32,220 nt of DNA. Origin: Candidatus Shapirobacteria bacterium (lineage in GTDB: Bacteria; Patescibacteriota; Microgenomatia; UBA12405). Below, piece by piece: positions 28,060-32,220 of this stretch. Under the pieces are notes generated by a model. That model made no database searches and was not told where the DNA came from. It worked only from the letters and a program-made list of their open reading frames with translations. Numbering within the stretch: the first letter of the stretch is position 1; each line of letters begins with the position of its first letter. Location of the stretch: positions 1 to 32,220 of the forward strand of contig JAQVSW010000002.1 in the NCBI GenBank assembly GCA_028700345.1. Reading direction: 5' to 3'. A program made the position numbers and the translations under genes.

Positions 28060-28071
28060 ATATACAATTAT

Positions 28072-28099
28072 CTAAAATCTAGTCTCTAAAATCTAGTCT
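28072..28099. repeat. perfect tandem duplication of a 14-bp unit CTAAAATCTAGTCT
   Basis: 28072-28085 and 28086-28099 are identical. They fill the gap between the recR stop (28100) and the next gene start (28059). Confidence 0.85.
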
Positions 28100-28705
28100 C
28101 TATATCTCTCTCCTTCCTTCAAAAGCCCTCGATAAAGTCACCTGATCTGCAAAACCTAGCTCTGCCCCCATTGGCAGTCCACTCCCAATTCTAGTTACCT
28201 TTCCTTTAAAATTAATCCCTTCTAATTTTTTCTTAATATATAAAGCTGTTCCCTCACCCTCAATAGTTGGATTGGTAGCCAAAATAATTTCTTCGATTCC
28301 ATCATTCTCCACCCGAGAAAGTAGCTCATTAATTTTAAGATCATCAGGTCCAACATGGTCAAGAGGGTTAATAACTCCCCCCAGTACATGGTAAAGACCC
28401 TTATAGCCTCCTATCGACTCTATAGCCATTACCTCATCGGCTCTTTCAATCACACAAATTTGTTTTTGGTTACGCTGCTTATCTTGGCAAATTTCACAAA
28501 CATCATCCTCTCCTACTCCAAAACAAATCCGGCAAATTTTGATTTTTTTCTTTAAATTAGTAATTGAATCAGCCAATTTTTCCGAAAAATTATCAGGGAC
28601 TGCCAGTAAATAAAATCCGAGTCTGGCCGCGCTTTTTGGACCAATTCCCGGAAGTCTCGATAAATTTTCAATTACCTCGTTCAAGGCTTTAGGTAACTTT
28701 CTCAT
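28100..28705 (-). CDS. recR: recombination protein RecR
   Basis: LPGIGPKSAARL (HhH), CRICFGVGEDDVCEIC (zinc finger), and a Toprim region ICVIERADEVMAIE. Confidence 0.93.
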   Translation of the reverse strand: MRKLPKALNEVIENLSRLPGIGPKSAARLGFYLLAVPDNFSEKLADSITNLKKKIKICRICFGVGEDDVCEICQDKQRNQKQICVIERADEVMAIESIGGYKGLYHVLGGVINPLDHVGPDDLKINELLSRVENDGIEEIILATNPTIEGEGTALYIKKKLEGINFKGKVTRIGSGLPMGAELGFADQVTLSRAFEGRREI

Positions 28706-28710
28706 TTATT

Positions 28711-28959
28711 TTAAAAAAGACCCTCAAGACCACCCATATCTTGCATTTTTTTGGCTGCACTTTCCTGAGATTTTTTCATCGCTTTATTAATGACTTCAAC
28801 CAGAACTTTATTTTCCGCTCCATTTATAGACAAAAATTTTACCTTTTGATCACCACTAACTTTTATCAGCACTCCATTTTCTTCAAATTCAGTCAATTCA
28901 GACTCCAAAGCCTTTTTTAATTTAAAAGCCTTGGCCATTAATTTTGCTTTATCAAACAT
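28711..28959 (-). CDS. YbaB/EbfC-family nucleoid-associated protein (short)
   Basis: 82 aa. LIKVSGDQKVKFLSINGAEN...VEVINKAMKKSQE fits the YbaB core. Canonical position upstream of recR. Confidence 0.75.
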   Translation of the reverse strand: MFDKAKLMAKAFKLKKALESELTEFEENGVLIKVSGDQKVKFLSINGAENKVLVEVINKAMKKSQESAAKKMQDMGGLEGLF

Positions 28960-29009
28960 ATTTTTTTATTAAAAATTAAATAACTCCTAATTCTATCACT
29001 TCTTAATAA

Positions 29010-29360
29010 CTAATAAAATCTAACTCTTATCCCAACTTTCTCCTCTACTAATTGATAAAAAATATTTTTTTCTTCTTCAGTTAATTGATTTAATCTACCC
29101 ATTACAGTATCAAATTCTCTCAATCTCTCTTCTTCGGATAATTTTTTATCTCTAAATTTTATAAAATGAATTGCTAAATGTTCATAAATCGGCAATAATT
29201 GCAAATTTATTAAAGAATTTTCTCCTCCGTTAACACGCTCTTTAACATGATGAATTTCAAATCTTTGATTTATTCTATCTAAAGGTAAACCAGAAAATGG
29301 TGATTTACCTTCCTGTAAACAAAATAATTTTTGTTGTGTTTCTGAACTGTGTGCTGTCAT
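29010..29360 (-). CDS. HNH (His-Me finger) endonuclease-like protein
   Basis: EIHHVKERVNGGENSLINLQLLPIYEHLAIH has the H-N-H spacing without the zinc Cys pairs. Its ATG overlaps the dnaX stop (TAATG). Confidence 0.6.
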   Translation of the reverse strand: MTAHSSETQQKLFCLQEGKSPFSGLPLDRINQRFEIHHVKERVNGGENSLINLQLLPIYEHLAIHFIKFRDKKLSEEERLREFDTVMGRLNQLTEEEKNIFYQLVEEKVGIRVRFY

Positions 29361-30865
29361 TATCCAAATATATTTTTAGCCACATCATAAATTTCTGATT
29401 CTGAAACCACTTTTTCATCTCCCTTATTTACAATTGCCATTGGCATTGTTCTTTTAGAATCGGCCTCAGCCAGTACACAATCAAATCTAACTGCTCCGCC
29501 GAAAACTTTTAAAAGACCCATTTCTACAATCTTTCTATTTTTCTCTTCTTCTAATTTCTCTTTATGAAATTTATAAAAAACCTCAATTAAAAGCTTACCG
29601 TCTTTTATTTTTTTTGGTCTAGCCGCTCTTAAAAAGGCCTCTACTGAATGATTGTAAGGCTTGACTGCTCCCAGTATATTTCCCCATTTTTCTTCAACCT
29701 CAGACAGTTCTACCTTGATTTCTTTTACATCTACCTTTGGCATTTCCACTTCTATCGGGTTGGTGTCCCGATTATCTGATCGGGACATAATAACCCGGCT
29801 TTCTTCATCAACCTTTTCTACCGGGTTGGTGTCCCGATTATCTGATCGGGACATAATAACCCGGTCCCCTACCATCTCAATCACTGCCAGTTCCAAAGGC
29901 AACTGTTCAATAATGGCTATTTTTTCCATCTCACCACTTTTTATTAATATCTCTATCCATCTTTTAATCTCTCCATCATCCAAATTAAGTAGCATTTTTT
30001 GATGAAAATAAGAAAGCCATTTTAATCTAAGTTCTCCAAAATCAATTCCTTTCTCTGCCATTTTTTCCAACTTTTTAATTATTTCTTCAATATCTCTCTG
30101 GCGCAAATCGTTTTCCAGTTCCTCCCCACCATATTCACCCCGACTAGCTTCAAAATATTTTTCTACTTCTTCTTTACCTATCTTATTACCAAACTCAAGG
30201 ATTATTTCATTAAAAGTTTTTTGCAAATTTCTAAAACTACCATCAGAATTAACAATAATTTCATTTTTAGCTTCCTCACTGATTTCAATCTTTTCACCTT
30301 TGATTACCTTTTGGAGAGATCTTTCAAGATCCTCTTCTTTCCCTTTTCTAAAATTTACTTTTAAAAGTCGTGACAAAACCGTCTCCGGAATCTTTTGGGC
30401 ATCAGTCGTACATAAAATAAACAAAGTATTTTTTGGTGGTTCTTCGATTATCTTTAAAAGAGCATTAAAAGCTTCTTTAGTGAGCATATGAACCTCATCA
30501 ATAATAAAAATCTTCTTTTTAAGTCTAATCGGCGACAGATAAGCATTTTCCTTAAGGCCTCTGACATCATCAATTCCCCGATTAGAAGCGGCATCAATTT
30601 CAATAATATCCAAACTATTCCCCTTTTCAATTTCGAGGCAGTTTTCACACTTTCGACAGGCTTCTCCATTTTTTGGCTTTAAGCAATTTACCGCCTTGGC
30701 AATAATTCTAGCGGCTGAGGTTTTTCCACTACCCTTTGGTCCGGCAAAAAGGAGAGATTGGAAATCAGTTTCACTAGAAATAATACTATTAATTTTATCA
30801 GATACTTCGGGCAAATCTAAATCCGTTACTTTTTGGGGACGGTATTTCAAATGAAAAACTGGCAT
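29360..30865 (-). CDS. dnaX: DNA polymerase III subunit gamma/tau
   Basis: YRPQKVTDL, GPKGSGKTSAARIIAKAVNC, CRKCENC, IIDEVHMLT, and a sensor-2 region. 501 aa. Confidence 0.93.
   Translation of the reverse strand: MPVFHLKYRPQKVTDLDLPEVSDKINSIISSETDFQSLLFAGPKGSGKTSAARIIAKAVNCLKPKNGEACRKCENCLEIEKGNSLDIIEIDAASNRGIDDVRGLKENAYLSPIRLKKKIFIIDEVHMLTKEAFNALLKIIEEPPKNTLFILCTTDAQKIPETVLSRLLKVNFRKGKEEDLERSLQKVIKGEKIEISEEAKNEIIVNSDGSFRNLQKTFNEIILEFGNKIGKEEVEKYFEASRGEYGGEELENDLRQRDIEEIIKKLEKMAEKGIDFGELRLKWLSYFHQKMLLNLDDGEIKRWIEILIKSGEMEKIAIIEQLPLELAVIEMVGDRVIMSRSDNRDTNPVEKVDEESRVIMSRSDNRDTNPIEVEMPKVDVKEIKVELSEVEEKWGNILGAVKPYNHSVEAFLRAARPKKIKDGKLLIEVFYKFHKEKLEEEKNRKIVEMGLLKVFGGAVRFDCVLAEADSKRTMPMAIVNKGDEKVVSESEIYDVAKNIFG
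29750..29864. repeat. two copies of a 49-nt nested-hairpin element, in frame inside dnaX (66-bp period)
   Basis: 29750-29798 and 29816-29864 differ at one base (T29755 vs C29821). Each holds outer stem CCGGGTT/AACCCGG (CGGGTT/AACCCG in the 29750-29798 copy, because of the T29755 difference) and inner stem GTCCCGAT/ATCGGGAC. The 17-nt segment after each copy (29799-29815 vs 29865-29881) is diverged. Confidence 0.9.
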
Positions 30866-30915
30866 CTGGCTAATTTAAGCAAATATAGCTTTATTTAACA
30901 ACACCACAAACTACA

Positions 30916-31278
30916 TCACTTTAATAAATTTTCGACTCCGTGAACCAGCCACATGGCTAATATTTCCTCCAAACTTTTATTTAAAAATTTTACTTCATAT
31001 TTTAATTTCTCTGTACAAATTACAATGTCTCCCAATCGAATATAAGCATCTGCATCTTTTTCTTTATTCATAGGAAAACCGAGTACTTGTGGAATATAAC
31101 TTTGTTGCCGATAATCGATATTTAACTTTTTGGCTTTATCTCTACCCACAAAATATAAACTTATTTCAGTATCTTTTCTGTATCCCTTGCTTACTAAGAT
31201 TCTATTGACTAATTTTCTAATTATCTCTTCTTCCAGTCCCCAATTCTTTGGATGTTTTATCAAAATAACATTTTTCAT
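30916..31278 (-). CDS. YbeY-like protein lacking the C-terminal catalytic His motif
   Basis: ISLYFVGRDKAKKLN..YR......VLGFP....LGDIVIC matches the YbeY core. The protein ends ...VHGVENLLK where YbeY has HGxLHLxGYDH. Confidence 0.6.
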   Translation of the reverse strand: MKNVILIKHPKNWGLEEEIIRKLVNRILVSKGYRKDTEISLYFVGRDKAKKLNIDYRQQSYIPQVLGFPMNKEKDADAYIRLGDIVICTEKLKYEVKFLNKSLEEILAMWLVHGVENLLK

Positions 31279-31709
31279 TGATCCATCTCTTCTTTAACTA
31301 TCTTTGAAACTACATCTCCGCTCGCTTTTCCAGCCACATTTTTCATCGTTTCCCCCATTATTACACCAAAATTACTTCCTTTTTCACCAATAATCTTTTT
31401 AACTATTTCTCTAATTTCCCCTTCTCCCATTTCTTTTGGCAAATATGATTTTACTATTTCAATTTCGTAGTCCTGATCTTTTACCAGATCGTCTCTACTA
31501 GCCTTTAAAAACATCTCTCTCGCCTCTTCCTTATTTCGTAGCTCTTTACGGAGAACATTGATTTCCTCAGCCTCTGTTAAAGCCTCAGAGGGTAATTGTA
31601 ACTCTCTTTTGTCAATCAGTGATATCAAAAAACGTAATACTTCTACTTTTTTGTGGTCGCCTGATTTTAAAGCCACAACTACCTCTTTTTTAATTTGATC
31701 ACGCCACAT
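31275..31709 (-). CDS. GatB/YqeY-domain protein
   Basis: From M66 of the 209-aa track ORF: MWRDQIKKEVVVALKSGDHKKVEVLRFLISLI...SYLPKEM..GEIREIV...GKASGDVVSKIVKEEM. The upstream 65 codons overlap rpsU and are probably not translated. Confidence 0.75.
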   Translation of the reverse strand: MWRDQIKKEVVVALKSGDHKKVEVLRFLISLIDKRELQLPSEALTEAEEINVLRKELRNKEEAREMFLKASRDDLVKDQDYEIEIVKSYLPKEMGEGEIREIVKKIIGEKGSNFGVIMGETMKNVAGKASGDVVSKIVKEEMDQ

Positions 31710-31914
31710 ATCTTCTTGATTTTTTGGATCTCTTGCGACATTTCTCTCGCCATAAAATAATTTTCTTTTTTGCGTAGCGACCAATCGAAGGCTTGGCATA
31801 AGCCGCTCTTTTTCGAACTTCTTCGGTAATGTCTTCCTCCAGACACAGTCTGCGGAATTTACCAATGATATCGTCTTTAGATTCTCCTTTTTTGCGTTTG
31901 ACAACTATTGCCAT
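31699..31914 (-). CDS. rpsU: 30S ribosomal protein S21
   Basis: MAIVVKRKKGESKDDIIGKFRR...RKRAAYAKPS...KKK. Strong SD AAGGAGGTGA 6 nt upstream (reverse complement of 31921-31930). Confidence 0.85.
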   Translation of the reverse strand: MAIVVKRKKGESKDDIIGKFRRLCLEEDITEEVRKRAAYAKPSIGRYAKKKIILWREKCRKRSKKSRRYVA

Positions 31915-31950
31915 CAGCTCACCTCCTTAATACAAGCCCTATTTTACCCG

Positions 31951-32220
31951 TTATTTATTATCCTGTAAACACTTAACATAATCGAGACTATTAATAGTCC
32001 CATCCTTATTGTAATCAACTGTCCTAACACATTTACTCACTGTCGGAGTAGCTGTAGTTTTAGTTGTTGTTGTCGGCTTACTCTTTAAGCAACTTACATA
32101 ATCCAAACTATTTACCACCCCATCTTTATTATAATCTGTTGTTTTATTACATTCTACTGTCCCACTTTCACTCGCCACTTTAACTGTCGGTATCACCGCT
32201 ATAGTTGGTATTTGAGTTGG
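31951..32220 (-). CDS. C-terminal end of a secreted protein with two dockerin/EF-hand-like repeats (5'-partial, open to window end)
   Basis: TTDYNKDGVVNSLDYVSCL and TVDYNKDGTINSLDYVKCL are separated by a Thr-rich linker. The frame stays open through 32220. Confidence 0.5.
   Translation of the reverse strand, partial: PTQIPTIAVIPTVKVASESGTVECNKTTDYNKDGVVNSLDYVSCLKSKPTTTTKTTATPTVSKCVRTVDYNKDGTINSLDYVKCLQDNK

Noticed and set aside
29750-29864. Possible mini CRISPR array, given repeats with internal dyad symmetry
   Set aside because: There are only two copies with a 17-nt spacer, they lie in frame inside dnaX, and there are no cas genes. This does not fit a CRISPR.
29750-29900. Programmed -1 frameshift site for tau/gamma production in dnaX
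   Set aside because: No X XXY YYZ slippery heptamer lies 5-9 nt upstream (mRNA sense) of either hairpin. The nearest GAA AAG is 15 nt away and is not a two-tRNA slip site.
31710-31904. N-terminal 65 codons of the 209-aa track ORF, as if YqeY were fused to an extension
   Set aside because: This stretch overlaps rpsU in another frame and has no family signal. The YqeY domain begins at the ATG at 31709, so the extension is an ORF-calling artefact.

Overview
AT-rich, tightly packed bacterial chromosomal segment, almost all housekeeping. It carries gyrB-gyrA, dnaB, dnaX-(HNH)-ybaB-recR, rpsF-ssb-rpsR, rpsU, rpmE, cysS, hisS and an RF1-like release factor. It also carries HtrA and Ctp proteases, a lipoprotein-processing cluster (Lgt-like, DksA/TraR-like, short LspA-like, RluA), several methyltransferases, a XerC/D-type tyrosine recombinase, tRNA-Leu(CAA) and tRNA-His(GUG). 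TGA serves as a stop inside ATGA overlaps (1205, 17381), so the code is standard table 11. Many proteins are short or lack domains (RF1 without domain 1, YbeY without its His motif, 98-aa LspA). Together with the gene content this suggests a reduced-genome lineage such as CPR/Patescibacteria; that is inference only. I see no CRISPR array, rRNA, classical transposase or known defence system. Four signals are not explained by ordinary annotation. (1) A promoter, a possibly leaderless 15-codon ORF with three consecutive His codons, and a terminator with a mutually exclusive antiterminator sit directly upstream of tRNA-His. A second His-rich ORF plus terminator lies between that tRNA and an M20-peptidase/hisS unit. 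This looks like a peptide-mediated His attenuator. (2) A perfect 13-8-13 lox/FRT-like inverted repeat and a dense array of short repeated motifs fill an unusually long 667-bp non-coding stretch beside the tyrosine recombinase, bracketed by a perfect 12-bp inverted repeat. (3) A 49-nt strongly hairpin-forming element occurs twice, in frame, inside dnaX. (4) dnaB appears to start at ATT behind a strong Shine-Dalgarno. All functional readings are hypotheses from sequence inspection only; no searches or folding programs were run.
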